Shown one piece after another: positions 1 through 13,700 of a stretch of 64,000 nucleotides of DNA. The notes below the pieces were generated by a model, which saw nothing but the letters and a program-made list of their open reading frames with translations, did not search any database and was not told the origin of the DNA. The position numbers were made by a program, and so were the translations under genes. This DNA is from Laetmonice hystrix (lineage: Eukaryota), in the NCBI GenBank assembly GCA_965235115.1, contig OZ249442.1:21390001-21454000 (forward strand), given 5' to 3'. Numbering within the stretch: the first letter of the stretch is position 1; each line of letters starts with the position of its first letter.

Positions 1-765
1 CAGTTTAACAATCTGCATGCCAATAATGTTTCAAACAAACGGGACAAGCAGTTCAACAATCTGCATGCCAATAATGTTTCAAACAAACGGGACAAGCAGT
101 TCAACAATCTGCATGCCAATAATGTTTCAAACAAACGGGACAAGCAGTTCAACAATCTGCATGCCAATAATGTTTCAAACAAACGGGACAAGCAGTTCAA
201 CAATCTGCATGCCAATAATGTTTCAAACAAACGGGACAAGCAGTTCAACAATCTGCATGCCAATAATGTTTCAAACAAACGGGACAAGCAGTTTAACAAT
301 CTGCATGCCAATAATGTTTCAAACAAACGGGACAAGCAGTTTAACAATCTGCATGCCAATAATGTTTCAAACAAACGGGACAAGCAGTTTAACAATCTGC
401 ATGCCAATAATGTTTCAAACAAACGGGACAAGCAGTTTAACAATCTGCATGCCAATAATGTTTCAAACAAACGGGACAAGCAGTTCAACAATCTGCATGC
501 CAATAATGTTTCAAACAAACGGGACAAGCAGTTCAACAATCTGCATGCCAATAATGTTTCAAACAAACGGGACAAGCAGTTTAACAATCTGCATGCCAAT
601 AATGTTTCAAACAAACGGGACAAGCAGTTTAACAATCTGCATGCCAATAATGTTTCAAACAAACGGGACAAGCAGTTTAACAATCTGCATGCCAATAATG
701 TTTCAAACAAACGGGACAAGCAGTTTAACAATCTGCATGCCAATAATGTTTCAAACAAACAAGAC
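1..765. repeat. 48-bp minisatellite, about 16 near-identical copies, truncated by window edge
   Basis: Unit CAGTT(T/C)AACAATCTGCATGCCAATAATGTTTCAAACAAACGGGACAAG; single variable position. Confidence 0.97.
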
Positions 766-771
766 AAGAAC

Positions 772-890
772 CTTTTCTCCGTGTCAACCTTGTTGCCCGC
801 CTTCGTGAGCATGTCATGGTCGTCATGGTTACCGGCAGAGCACACCGCGAGCAAGGCACACCAGGCGACTAAAAATTCGGCAGGCCTCAT
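772..890 (-). CDS. First coding segment of an unidentified secreted protein/peptide precursor (MRPAEFLVAWCALLAVCSA / GNHDDHDMLTKAGNKVDTEKR), continuing beyond the window start
   Basis: GAA-ATG, 19-aa signal ending CSA, upstream acceptor TTTTTTTTCAG at 917-918, possible donor AG|GTTCTT at 771; the frame also stays open through the minisatellite. Confidence 0.7.
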
Positions 891-1439
891 TTCGTAATAG
901 GCTTCGATCTGTGTACCTGAAAAAAACATCAAGTCAGTCGGTGGTTTGTATGGTATTCTAGAATTTTGCAAAGCCCTAGAATGGTACATTTTGTGTTTTG
1001 GTGTGGCAGCATTGAATAAAATCTACCGTGTAATCATATTCATAGGTGGCGGAAGCGGGGGGGGGGGGCAGGGGGTACTGCCCCCCATAATATTATTGGG
1101 GGGGCCTGGCCCCCCAATAATCGTATGGCTTATGAAGATTTATTATGGCTTACGAGATTGTGGATTAACAAGATTCTATGGGGTAATCAAGACGCGGGTT
1201 TTTTTGATGTTGGTTTTTATCCAAACGTATTTTCCTTTGGCCTAATAGAAATCTTTGCAAAGTGCCCCCCCCCCCCAATATATTATCTGTTCCGCCGCTG
1301 CTGATATTATAGTCGGAACTATTTTTAATCTAACTTCTCTATCTCAGGATTAGGATGCTATCATGAGCAGAGTACATCTAATACATGTATAGAAAAAACC
1401 CACTTCCTGACCATAGGCATAGTGTTTGATATGACTTAC

Positions 1440-1560
1440 CTAAGTCGACTGGAGACAAAAACAGACTGTCGTCCTCGTTGCTACTCGACTTGCAATACTG
1501 TCAACTGTCACTTCAGATCGAGAAGGACACAGTACAATATCAAGTTCAATATTCGTGAGG
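1440..1560 (-). other. Candidate non-coding first exon of the secreted-protein gene at 890
   Basis: Strong donor TAG|GTAAGT at 1439 would pair with the acceptor at 917; the upper boundary is only approximate. Confidence 0.4.
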
Positions 1561-2600
1561 TAATCACAACATCCGGCCCGACCATTCCTTGTCTATATCT
1601 GCGCAGTCTGAACACATCATTTTTTAACATCAGATACACCGAGCGGTGCAACAAATTATGTCAAAGAGGGCTGTTAAAGTTCTTATCTATGATGAACCCA
1701 GGGACCTCAGGTGGGCGTGTTTTACAGGTAATATTAGTTAGAATCTATGAACGGTAACGAGACATTGAGATTAGGCTGATGATTCGTAGGGCCAATGTTA
1801 AATGGGGTTCCTCGTTGACCTCGTTGATTCGTTGGCCGACAGTAGGCGCCACTCCGGTATCTTGGCTGGTTGGCCCAAGACGGCCACGTAATGAGCTAAT
1901 AAAGATCATAATTATAGTAACGGTCTATTTTCAGCTAGCTCGGATCCCCTCGGGAAAGGATTGGCAAATATGAAAGCATGCCTGAGAGTTCAATAATATG
2001 ATTAACATATACAAGATTCTAATATCACGTATACCTTCAGTTGGAAGAATAGTCCTGTGTTGCGGTCAAATGTGTGTTGTGGCAATTTTAGTGGTTTGTT
2101 TACCGTTTTGTCTGTGGGGACCCCACTTGGAGTTCACGGGGGTCCCAAATGCATAGCATTGTGTGCTAACAAAGAAGGTTTGTGTGGGGGCTACCCATGT
2201 GGATTCAAGGAGTCCAGAAATCACACTAGTTCCCCACTCGGAACACCGACGTTGCTTCTGATTGGCTGTAAAAGGTGAAGTCTTTGAAGAGTGTCTCGTG
2301 TAACGAGTGTTGCTTTCTCCTTGCCCTGGTGTGACGGGAGGAATTTCTTCTGGTCTTGTAGAGACCGAGTTATTTGCCATTTACAAAGCCTGTAAATGAG
2401 ATGTTATGGTGATTTTCCCCGTAATAGTGTTACATCTTGTTTAAATTAGTCCCATGGGAGTGTTCTGTTCAAGGAGACGCGTGACCAGTCAAGGTGACCA
2501 TGTGTGACCATCCTCTTGGACACCACCCGTGACCCCTATCACAGACGCCCAAGCGACGACCCTGGCCTGGACGGCCTTGGGCTGATGATGATGTATAGGG

Positions 2601-3011
2601 TGTGACTGTAATACAATTGTTGATCATTTACAAATTACTGTTGTTGTGTTGTGTGTTCAGACCCTGTGCCACCTCCCTCCTGACCAAGTAAATCATATAT
2701 CCGTCCTGTTGCCATAGGCCTAGTAGACCTGCGTATGCGTCCGCACATATCGGGGGCTGGGCTTCGTAACACCTGTAGCTACCTGTCCTTCAGACCTTCA
2801 GACTTTGGTTACGTCCACTTTCAGACTTGAATGAACTCATTTAGTTCAAACCATGTACTCGCCCTGATATAGCTTAAATACTGCTGACTGGACGTTATAC
2901 ACTAACTATACTAATTCACTCCAGTTTCCCACATGCAGTCAGTGAGACCTCTACTTTCAGTATCCTAACTCTGTCGACCCCCCTGTTGTAGCACACGACC
3001 ACGCTGTCACA
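2601..3011. mobile_element. Possible LTR-like remnant
   Basis: Bounded by TGTGAC...GTCACA inverted ends, about 410 bp; no TSD or PBS found. Confidence 0.25.
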
Positions 3012-4561
3012 GATAACGTGTGTGAGCAGGACATTATGCTACCCTTTGATCGGCAGACGGATGTGGGGATTGCTTCAGGATCCGAAGCCGGGGGAGGTCA
3101 GAAGGATATTAGTCATACATGAGCCCAAAGTTTAACCCAAGAAAAGAAACGTTGACATATGCGTATGGAAAGGTTTTCTTCGCACTGGTTACCTGGAACG
3201 ATAAAATTCTAACTGTAAATAAACAAAAAGAAAATATTATTATGGCTCTGTAACCATTTACTAAAAATTATATCTCGCTTCTTTCTATGATTTTTATACA
3301 TTGTATAATATGTATTTCTTTCTTTCCCCGCGTCTCCCTGAAATATCCTACTGCTTTATTATATATACATTAACTCTGCGGTGGGACCCGGATGTGTACT
3401 ACAGAACGTCGCAACAGTTTGCCGTGTGCTGGAATATATATTTGTGGGATCTACTCGTTAAAGGGAGCGGCGAGGTGGACGTCAAACGAGATGAAGAAAC
3501 CTCTATTGGTATGAAGTACACATTATAATATAAGTGGCGCATCTCCTGCATGGTAAACAATATGGATGGGTTAAAAAAACAATTCTAACCAGGGATGGTA
3601 TAATCATCAAAAGTATGTGACATTTTAATAACTTTCACACTGCTCATGCTTCAACGAAAAAAAATCATCTGTTTCAGTAAAAAATATTTATTGACATGAT
3701 TTTCCTAGTCCCATTTAGATCTACGTTGCTACGATAACCACGTAAAATCGGGAATCCTCATTTCGTACCATCTCTCTGTCTTGAATCATTTCTACGTCTA
3801 CACGCGGGTACTATAAAGATTATATCAATTATAAACAATTACATTCGATTACTGCGGTTATGATAATTTACATATTTCTTAATAATCCTAAGATATAGCT
3901 TATATGTGTTGTCCGTCCGTTTCAATATATACATCTCAAGTATACTTCTATTTGATACTGAGCCACTGACAGAACGGTTAAATCTACAGAAAGGCTTGCA
4001 GTCTCTGGCTCGGTGTTTCTACTCTTCATTATACGTGCACTCAGCTCTCTGCACAACGAATCCCGAAAATATATGCCCTTTTATAAATAAGGCCTTTGTC
4101 GGCCACACTTTCTTTCCCCGACAAGACACTAAATCTTTCATTATAAAATGGTTGAAGATCGGAATACGTTCAGTGTGCTCTGAGTGATGACGTGTTGAAT
4201 GGCAGTATCTGGTTGCCAAAACAGAATTCGTTATCATGTTACCTAGCACTCTTAAGCTTTCCAAAATCCTAATCTTGCTGTCGTTTCAACAGATACAGTC
4301 GACCTCTTTAATTAGAATTATAGGTGAATCTTTAAAATCCGTTGGAACTAAGGAACTGTGGTTTTTTTACAAGAAAAGTGCGCGTAATTCGTGCTCACGA
4401 ATGGTGTTGATGATGCATGCACGGCAAACGGCTTTTACCCTGGCAACCCGTTAACCAGGAACGCCTTCGTATCGAATGTTAAAACTACATACATTTTTAT
4501 CTCATGTTCTTTAGACATAGTCAGGCCAGCAGCTGCGTTTGTTTGTGTAAGTTAACATTCG

Positions 4562-4761
4562 TCAAGTCCATTGTAACCCAGATAAGCGTGTAGCCAGGAC
4601 GAAAGCTAGGATAGTCGTGAGGAAACTGAGAACGAGGCTCGACGTAATGGTGGCCGCCTCGTTGTAGAATGGGCAGTACGGACACTGAAACGAGGCGCAG
4701 ACCTGGCACACGTGGTGGTTAAAGAGGGTGTAGGTCGTGAACAGTGTCGTATTGTGCATTC
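4562..4761 (-). CDS. Mcr: Mcr exon 36: CQVCASFQCPYCPFYN + hydrophobic tail, stop TGA
   Basis: Mcr/CD109-type C-terminal Cys cluster followed by an apolar stretch of about 20 residues. Confidence 0.93.
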
Positions 4762-7700
4762 CTATTAATAAAACAAATTAAACAAATAAACAAACGAGTA
4801 AAACCATGCATAAACCATGCAAAATGAGAACATATAGACCCCTTGTATGTTTACAAACATTGGTGACGTAGACGGCTAAGCTATCAATCGGAAACTTCAG
4901 TAAGGTTTCCGACAGGTGGCGGGACCGCCCATTTTCTTTGTTTTTGCACCCAAGCTGCGCACGCATCATGTTGTTGACGTCACGTGCAAGGGGTCTATAA
5001 GCGGCGGAACTGGGATGCCGGGGGCACGAGCCCCAAAATAATGTTGCTGGAAAGGTCTGTCCCCAAATATTCCAGTAGCTTTTTATGGAATATTATAAAT
5101 CTGGCTTATAGACCATTCTAGACCAAGTTCCACTACCTCAGCCAAAGCCCCCCCCCCCCGACCCCCCCCCCCCACTTAAGGAGAAAGAAATGCAACTGAA
5201 TACGGTCAGTCGTACCTGGTTCGTAGTAGTCGTAGACTTTGATGATGTGTTGGATTGTCATGTTGGCAATAGGGAACCATCGGTCCATTCTCCATTTCAC
5301 ACAAGTCCAATCCATCGACAACTACATGAAAACAAAACAAAAATAACCGTACCATATGAAACATCCGTATAAGACAAACTGACAACATGTTGACTGTAGT
5401 AGGCCTAATACAAGATTAATATTTGAGCAGCAACGCACCTTCATCATTATAGTTCCAATAAGCAAAAACTATTCTTTTACTTACATAGTCAAAATAGAAA
5501 ACCATTTTCCTTTCATAGGACTCGTCGTCAGACATCTCGGCCCGATGCATGTTGGGAACCTCTCCTGACTGCGTATACGCTCTGAGTACGTCATTGGTGG
5601 TGACGAAACCGGACGGTACGTGTACTTCCATAACGCTAAGTCCACTCATGGGTCGGAGGTCTGGCCGGGTCCACCTGCGATTAATACATCATTTGTCATG
5701 AATTATATACTGAAAAGGTCTTGATGTCTGCACCAGCAAAGTCTGTATCATATTATAACAGAAAGACTAGACGTATGAAATTATGATGATTACACGATAT
5801 GTGTTTTTCTCTCGCGTCTATAACCAAAAAGAAACGCAAAACATTAGATTCTGTAACTCGCGAATCTGGCCTTTTCCAGGTTTAACTAATTTTTACTTTT
5901 TGGGGAGTTTTCACCATAATCAAACTCCACTCCTGCAGTTTTACGTTGAGAGTTTAGGCACCTTGCACACGCCTCCATGTTAAGGATAGAGGAGTTTCTG
6001 CCGGCGTAGTTACGCTCAATCGTAACGTCGAAGTATTTTTCTTGTGCCACCGGCTTAATTTGCTCTGGGTACTCGACATTCACGTCGGTACCAAGCTGTG
6101 TGCGAGGGAACAGGAAGAAATACATCAGTACAGCAGAATATTTGCAAGGATTAAATTTTATAGTCTCATGTTTCCATGGGAACATTTGAAGAATTTCTTT
6201 ATGAGGAATTAAAATCAGTGATAGGGTTAGAATATCTTACCTGGATTAGGGCAAGACCTGTACCCTGTACATCTCCGCGGACACTGCCCCAAACCGGGAA
6301 TACCTGCAGGACAACGATACTCGGTTACTGCAACCATTGACCTAAGCAAAGGTGTTTTCTAAAACGTGGAAATATTGTTATTACATAGAAATATAACATG
6401 ATTTTAATTTTAAAATCACGATTTTAATTTTAAAATGAAGATAGCAGACCATCTAACCTTGTAAAGATGTTAAAACCGTACAGCTTAGAATCTTGAAACA
6501 TGTTGCCTTCGTGAAGAAAAAAGGGAAGAAGAAGACGAGGAAACTTTCAACTTACGTTCACTTCTTGCATTTCACACCAATTACTCCTGTCTAGTCGTAT
6601 TGTCTGAGTCTCGTTGTCCATGGAAACGGCGCGCAGGCGCAGTTCGATATTGTAGAGGGCGCGGTTAGTATCCATCTTAGCATACTCTACGAGGGCTTTC
6701 AGTGCCATAACACTGTCCTGAAGCGACCATTATCCACATCTCAAACAAATGGCATTGTCACACGACGAGGACACAGGTTTGAATAAAAAGTCTGACTCAG
6801 GGAAAGTGCATTTGTTGCTGAGGCAAATAAGTAAGTTAATATGCGCTAAATTTTCAGATGTGTGTGGGCTTACCTGGGTGGAAGCCATTCCAGCGTATGT
6901 GTTGCGCATGGTCTGAAGCCACTTCATCATAGGCATGGCGTCCGTTAAGTAATTTCGTCGGATGAAGCTGAGAAGCGCATAGGAAGTGGCTTCCACTGCG
7001 TACCCCTCGTTGTGGTACCAACGGCGAGGTTGGTAGTACGGTAGAGTATCATCAACTCGGATCGGGTTGTCAGGAATTTTCTCGTTCGTCCAATACTCGT
7101 TCTCACCTTCAATGGTTTGGAAAATAAGAAGCTCGTCATCAAACACATTCGAGATGCTAACAACACTGGGGGATCCAGGGGGCCCAGGGGGCCTGTCTCT
7201 CCTTAGATTTTCCTTCTTTTTTTTGGATGAAGATGTTATGATTATATTTGAATAAAATATAGTATTTGAGTAAAATAAAACATTGTGTGTGTGTAATACG
7301 GATAAAATCAAATCTAAACCTTTTTTAGGTGCCCCCCCCCCTATCAAAATCCTGGATCCCCCAATGTACCAATAAGACCTGAAAGATAAAAACTTAGGAT
7401 TGGCTGTTTAGCCAATTGTTTTCCCCTGTGTGTTTTACCCAGTGCCTTGTTCTAACTGAAACATAATTACAAACCCTGTCTCTATTTTCTAAGGGCATGG
7501 CCCTGGTAAACCGTTTACAAGGAGGGACGACTCACCATCATAGCTTAGGTCCTTCATCCTCCGGAAGGCCTCGGCCCGGTTACCGCTACCCGACACCTCC
7601 AGCGCGTACGTCATGATACACATCTCGTACGGGTCAGTGACCTTCTCAACCCACTTCTCCAGGTAATTACGGGCTCTGTCTCGGCTCTCACCCAGCACGT

Positions 7701-10700
7701 CAACCGCTGACTGAAGGATTACGTCAACAATATCAGTAGTAAAGATATTTATCTTTCTAATCCGACTCTGATTATTACTGGACAGCGTCCACACGGTCCG
7801 GTTGTTTCCGAGCAAGTGGCATCGGTCGACGGTTAGGCATCGGCCATAGAGGGCGCCTGTATCTCAGGTGATGTACGTAAAGCAAGACTTTTAGACCTAC
7901 TTATGTCTCCTTTCTGTCTCCGTTTATTATAATCAACAGAGGGCGCCTGTATCTTGGATGTACGTAAAGCAAGACCTACTTATGTCTCCTTTCCGCCTCC
8001 GTTTATTATAATCAATAGAGGGCGCCTATATATATATCGGTGTACGTAAAGCAAGACCTACTTATGTCTCCTTTCCGTCTCTGTGTATTATAATCAATAG
8101 AGGGCGGCTATATATATCGGTGTACGTAAAGCAAGACCTACTTATGTCTCTTTTCCGTCTCCGTTTATTATAATCAATAGAGGGCGCCTGTATCTCAGGT
8201 GTACGTAAAGCAAGACCTACTTATGTCTCCTTTCCGTCTCCGTAGTAAGCTATATAGACATAGGTCACGTGATTCACACACCCGAGTGAAAACGATCACC
8301 GCACCACTCTCCGGACCGAGATCGTTCACTTCATTTAATCTCTGCCACACGCTGGGTACTACCGTTCGAGTGGCCCCTGACCTGACTTAGAAATCCCCGA
8401 CCGGGACAGCCGAACATTGCCGAGCTCAAATCGTGGCTGCTCGATTTTGCTGAGGCACTCTTGTTGTTTACTTTTATGGCGCAGACTGTCAGAATATTAT
8501 GATGCCACACAAACATCTAAATCTTCGGAGAAATCATCCGCAGCCGCTATGTTGAACGGAAATACCTAGTCGAAACACCCTAAGTATTTCGAATCATCCC
8601 GAAATTGACCGACTTGCGACTTGCGACTTGCGACTATAGCTGATTTTCCTCCGCAAATGTAGTTCCTAATATTTCTCTTTTACGGTGAATGTCACTTGTT
8701 ATAATCTCGGTTTTGGGATTTAGAGGTACGTCAAATTTTATACAGGGCCGTGCCCAGTGATTGGTGCGGGGGGGGGGGGGGGTTACAGTGGACGGGTCCA
8801 AGTGTTAGTTAGGACCTAAAAGCCTAAGAAAGAAATCTTTGGTACCGGGGGGGGGGGGGGTTACAGACACCCAAAACCCCCCTGGGCACGGCCCTGTTAT
8901 AGATACCATAAAGGGCGGCCGACTTTGCAAAAACAGGGTTAAACGCGTAGGGGCACGATTTTGCCCGTAAAAAGTCAGGTGTGGCAGAGGGGTAGTGGAG
9001 CGAGTAAGGTGTAGTAAGGTCGAGGTTTCTAGGTCACAATGCCACGCTCGTCCAATCAGCGCCGATAATATTTTCTATCATGGTCACCGTGTTCGTGTAA
9101 CTTGGATAGGGGTTTGTGTCCAGACCCTTTTTTCGAGCGACGAGCGGCCTCTAGCGGGAAAAAGTGTCTGGTGATCGAGACTATCATCGCACGCGAAGTA
9201 TTTTCTGAGAATTTTCCAAGTTAGGTAGGCCCTAACATCCAACTGAATACATTTAAATATCTGTTTAGGAAACATCTTTTACGTATTTTCATCAGGTAAC
9301 CAACTCCAAACAGAGGTTCAGAGTTCCTTCAGTTTTTTTTGCAGGATAAATATATTTTCAAGGGTATTTTTCATATTGACTTCATCACTTTTATTGTTAA
9401 AGCAGGCTATAAGACTTTTTTTTAAAATTAATATATGTTAGATTTAATTCCTAGTAACTGTTAGCTAGGTCATGTATTGTATGATGCTCGGTTTCACATT
9501 ACCTACAAATGACCCTTAGGAAGATAGGGTTACAGAACATCTATTTTTTTCATTTAGAGATATGCAAAAATATACCTACCATTATGTTGAAATAGCACCA
9601 CAAGACAATTACATTTCAAATTTGAAAATTTGATTTTTTTAATTATCATTATGAGTTAATTCATGGAAATTTGCCTGGCTTGAAATTGCCATAGTTTCCT
9701 TAATATTGAAGATAGACATGTAAAAGTGGGTTTCCCCTGAAAGGGCTCAAGGAGGCGGATGCCATAAACGGCATTAACATTCTAGACATAGACTGATATC
9801 TGAAAAGTTATAGCAGAAAAACCTGTTTGTCGTCACAGATTTTCAGGAGAATTAGCCGGAGATACTACAGAGCCAGGATAACATCCGGAGGACATACAAC
9901 TATCCAGCATCGCAAAGTTCCTGCATGTCATCTGCAAGCCAGGCTTACTGATGATATATTGATGTTTACATTGATCCGTACTCGTAGCCAAACCAGAGAT
10001 GGTCTATTACATAAAGAGGCCCAGGACTGTCGCTGGTTTTCTGTTAGATAAGCTATTTTCTTGTAGGTGTTGTTAGGCCTAGTGTCTCCAGTCTTGCGCG
10101 CAGAAACTCGGCGTTTTGTAGGCAATGTTTATGTGATACTGTGCATTGAATGTATACATGCTCCAATAAGCATTCAGTATTCGTCTTGTGGAGATGGTAC
10201 CCGTAAAGTCCAACAGACATCAAAATTAACATGGAATTTCGTGCCAGATCTTGATGATACATGTAATTTGTTGTTGTTTAACTTAAAGGAGCGGTTATTG
10301 TACAAGAACATTAACTGTGTGTAAGCTGTTTTGAAGACCAATTCCCCTGATGACGTCATCAGGGGCAATGGTAAAGAATAGGCGGGAGTGAGACTGTGAT
10401 GTGTCATGCAATTCGAATTTTCAATATTTTTCTAAATTGAGAGGACTTCTCAGAAAACCAGGGACACGTCTACAACTCAAAGTGATCTATCTAGATCAGT
10501 AAAGTTACCTATGTGATGTCAGTTGCACTTTAATCTTTAAAACATCACATTAAAGTTGGTTTCCCTAACGTCAACAATATAATAGTTTATAGGATGTTTG
10601 GTTTAGAAAATGAACCCCTGCTTTCTGAGTGTATTTACGTATGATATAAGCACTAACGAGAAACCCAACTGCCTATCTATTTATTGTGCAGATATGAGCT

Positions 10701-13700
10701 AGACGCTGGACTTAGAGAGCATTAATTAGGCAGACTTCACACAGCCACACGGGCGGTTGACAGCTTGCATATATTATATCGACCAGGGTGGGGGGAGATG
10801 GAGTCCGTATGGGACAAACTTCGCTCGATGTGAAACAGTCCATCATTCAACTCTGGACACAAGTCGTATAGCATGCAGTGGGCAGGTGGAACCCTGTATT
10901 AAACTAATCCTTGAAGATGATGAACAATCCATTTATACACGAACTGATGTTTGCGATAATATGGGTAGAATGGAGCGGTCGTCTTCAGAAAGGGATTTGT
11001 TTGTAAGAGCAGATGCATTAGTCACCTTGGAGAATATGGGTGTTTGTCTTATCGTTCTATAGCAGGACCGTCGAAACAGTTTGGTGATATTGAGTCTAGA
11101 CTGGGAGGAGGGCGATGGATAGGATCAGAACGGTTCCAGGGATAGGAAAGATGACACGGCATGACTCATGGCATGGCATGATTCAATCAAAATAAGATTT
11201 TCTCATGTATACTTAGTGGGTGGGATAAGCGAGAATCTTCGTTGGGGATCTGTAGCAAGAAGTATACAGATTTGGGCCTGTCACCCAAACTTTTTTGAAA
11301 GGCCTTGATAACAATAAAATCACGATTGATTTCGTACATCTGCGATGGACACGAACTCCCCCTAGAGCCAGTAGACTCACCGGCATCCATTTATCACAGG
11401 AGTCGTCTTCCTTGACGGGTCACACAAGTATTTGTAATGGTAAAACATCAAAAACACAAGAGCAAGAACAAACCAAGAAAAAGTACTTACCCCAGATATT
11501 CCTTTGATTTCAGACAGTGCAATAAGGACATACGAGGTGAGTGGGATGTGTGTTTCCACCAATATACCGCTGTCGTTCATGGTTTTATTTGGCTGTAACA
11601 ATAACCACGGGTTCACATAAGTTAGGCAGAAATTATTTGACCGGCAGAAGTTTGGTCATGTCACCAGGAATCCGGAATTCCATTGGATGATATCTGCTAG
11701 TCATATAGTGAGGTTTTATAAGACCTCTGAAAAAAATGTTTCTTTGCATTTAGTTTGGGCTGAAAAGTAAATAAAGCTGATGCTAACCCTATCCCTACCC
11801 CTAACCATCACTGAATTTCTTAGAGCATTCAGTCAAACTCGTAGCCCCTTATTAAATCAGCCACTGGACAAATAGGCACATGTACAGCATATTAAGGGTC
11901 TATTCCACCGAGCTTAAAAGATGCGAAATTTTCCTTCTCAGAAATAGACATGTCGTTAAACAAAAACAACCACAAAAAAACAACCTGGAACTTTGATGAC
12001 ACGCACATGACGGTATTGAATAGAGTATGCTCTCTACCTGCATCTTGATGTCGTAAATGGGCGATATTTCGACGAATGCGCCTTCGTTGTTGTTCTGCTT
12101 GGCCAACCAGTAAGTAATGCGGTTCAGTAAGTCGGCAGGAATGAAGAAGTATTCGGCTTCCCATTCCTTGACATTGGCTTCGTTAAGAATACGCAGAGTG
12201 AAGGCGGTGACCCTACAATATCAGGTAAATTCACTATAGCTGAATAATTAAAATGAAGTAAGCAGTGTACATTCATTCTTGTCATAAGAAGTGGCACAAT
12301 GTGCGAGGAACCCTAAAGATATATATATATATCTCATACCATTTACACATTTCAAATTATGAGTGCTTCTCGCAAGAACTACATTTTGACATCATGTTTG
12401 TTGTAATTTTTCTTACCATATGCTGGGTAATTTTTTAGGGTAGTCTCGGAACATTTGAAACGAACCGTCTTCATTCATATAGCTCAGTTGTCTCTGCAGA
12501 GCTAGCAACATACAAAGACGTCGTATATTTATACTGGCGCTATAGTTACAATTTCACTGTGCTTACGCCGATTAAGGTACCACGTGGTACCGTAATCAAA
12601 GATGGCGGAAGGTGGGTCCCGATTCAACTTTCTCTCTGCGATTTCTGTTATTTGCAGTCGAGATGGCGACTGATAATTATCGATCTAGGGAGATTTTAAC
12701 TCATTAGTTGTGGCGGTTATACCACTTAAACGTTACAATCACCAGCGACACCGTAAATAATAGTTGACAAAGTCGGCGTGATTAAGGTACCACGCGCATC
12801 AACCATGAGGGTGATTAGGGTACCACGAGTAAGCGATTAAGGTACCGCGTCATCAAAATTGGATGAATAATACTATTTTTTCAGAGAGTTAACATTATTT
12901 ATGAAATTTAGATTGATATTAACTTGAACATTGCTACTGTTGGAACACATTACTGGGCTATTTCCAATTTCAGCAGTGAAGAATACTGAGTATAACAGTA
13001 TGGAAAGTCGGGTGAGTAAAATAACTGAATACTAGTATACCATAGATGTATTTATATTTCTAATATTGATAATCTTTTTCTAAATTCTGGATCAAAATTA
13101 ATAACAAAAATACTAATTACTGTGCTTTGTACTCCAAAAAGCCAATTGAACAATCTGCTGATGGTGAGAATGTATCTGCTTCTGTTCCAGTTCTGTTGTT
13201 GTTTACATTGTTGGATTAATGTTAGTGTTCTTTTCATGATTTATTAGTACATGTGTACATCCAGATTCTAGGAGGTTTCTAAGAGCTTGTATATTTATTC
13301 AGATTGAAATATTAAAATATATAATATGAAAGATATCTCAATACATGTACAGTAGTCCCCCTCAGATAAGGGATCCTTTGGATCTATGATCGGTACAACA
13401 TGTAAATGATAAGACCTTATTTTTCGCAGAAGGTTAGGACTTATTTGAGGAGGACTAATTTATTCTTATTTACACAGCAACGCATTGTAATGCATTGAGT
13501 TAAGCGGTACATTTATTTGCAGTATATAAAACACATGAGCTGATGATGATAGATACTTTCACATGTTTATTAGAATGCGTACTGTAGCATGATATGTCTA
13601 CGGTCATCAGACTTATGTTTACAAAGCTTGTGCAAACTATATTTCGCATTAACTTTCCGTCCCCTTTGCCCACTGGACGGTTTTACATTTTTTTAATGGC

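Noticed and set aside
1-765. CRISPR-like appearance of this and the other regular arrays (26111-27500, 43359-43700)
   Set aside because: Units are contiguous with no unique spacers, no cas genes are present, and the context is eukaryotic
17-808. 263-aa plus-strand ORF of MPIMFQTNGTSSSTIC repeats
   Set aside because: By-product of a 48-bp (multiple of 3) minisatellite; no signal or domain, and it is antisense to a better-supported gene
6730-7347. 205-aa ORF taken at face value
   Set aside because: Only 6874-7106 is exonic; the rest is intron and MITE read-through. The same holds for most track ORFs overlapping Mcr exons
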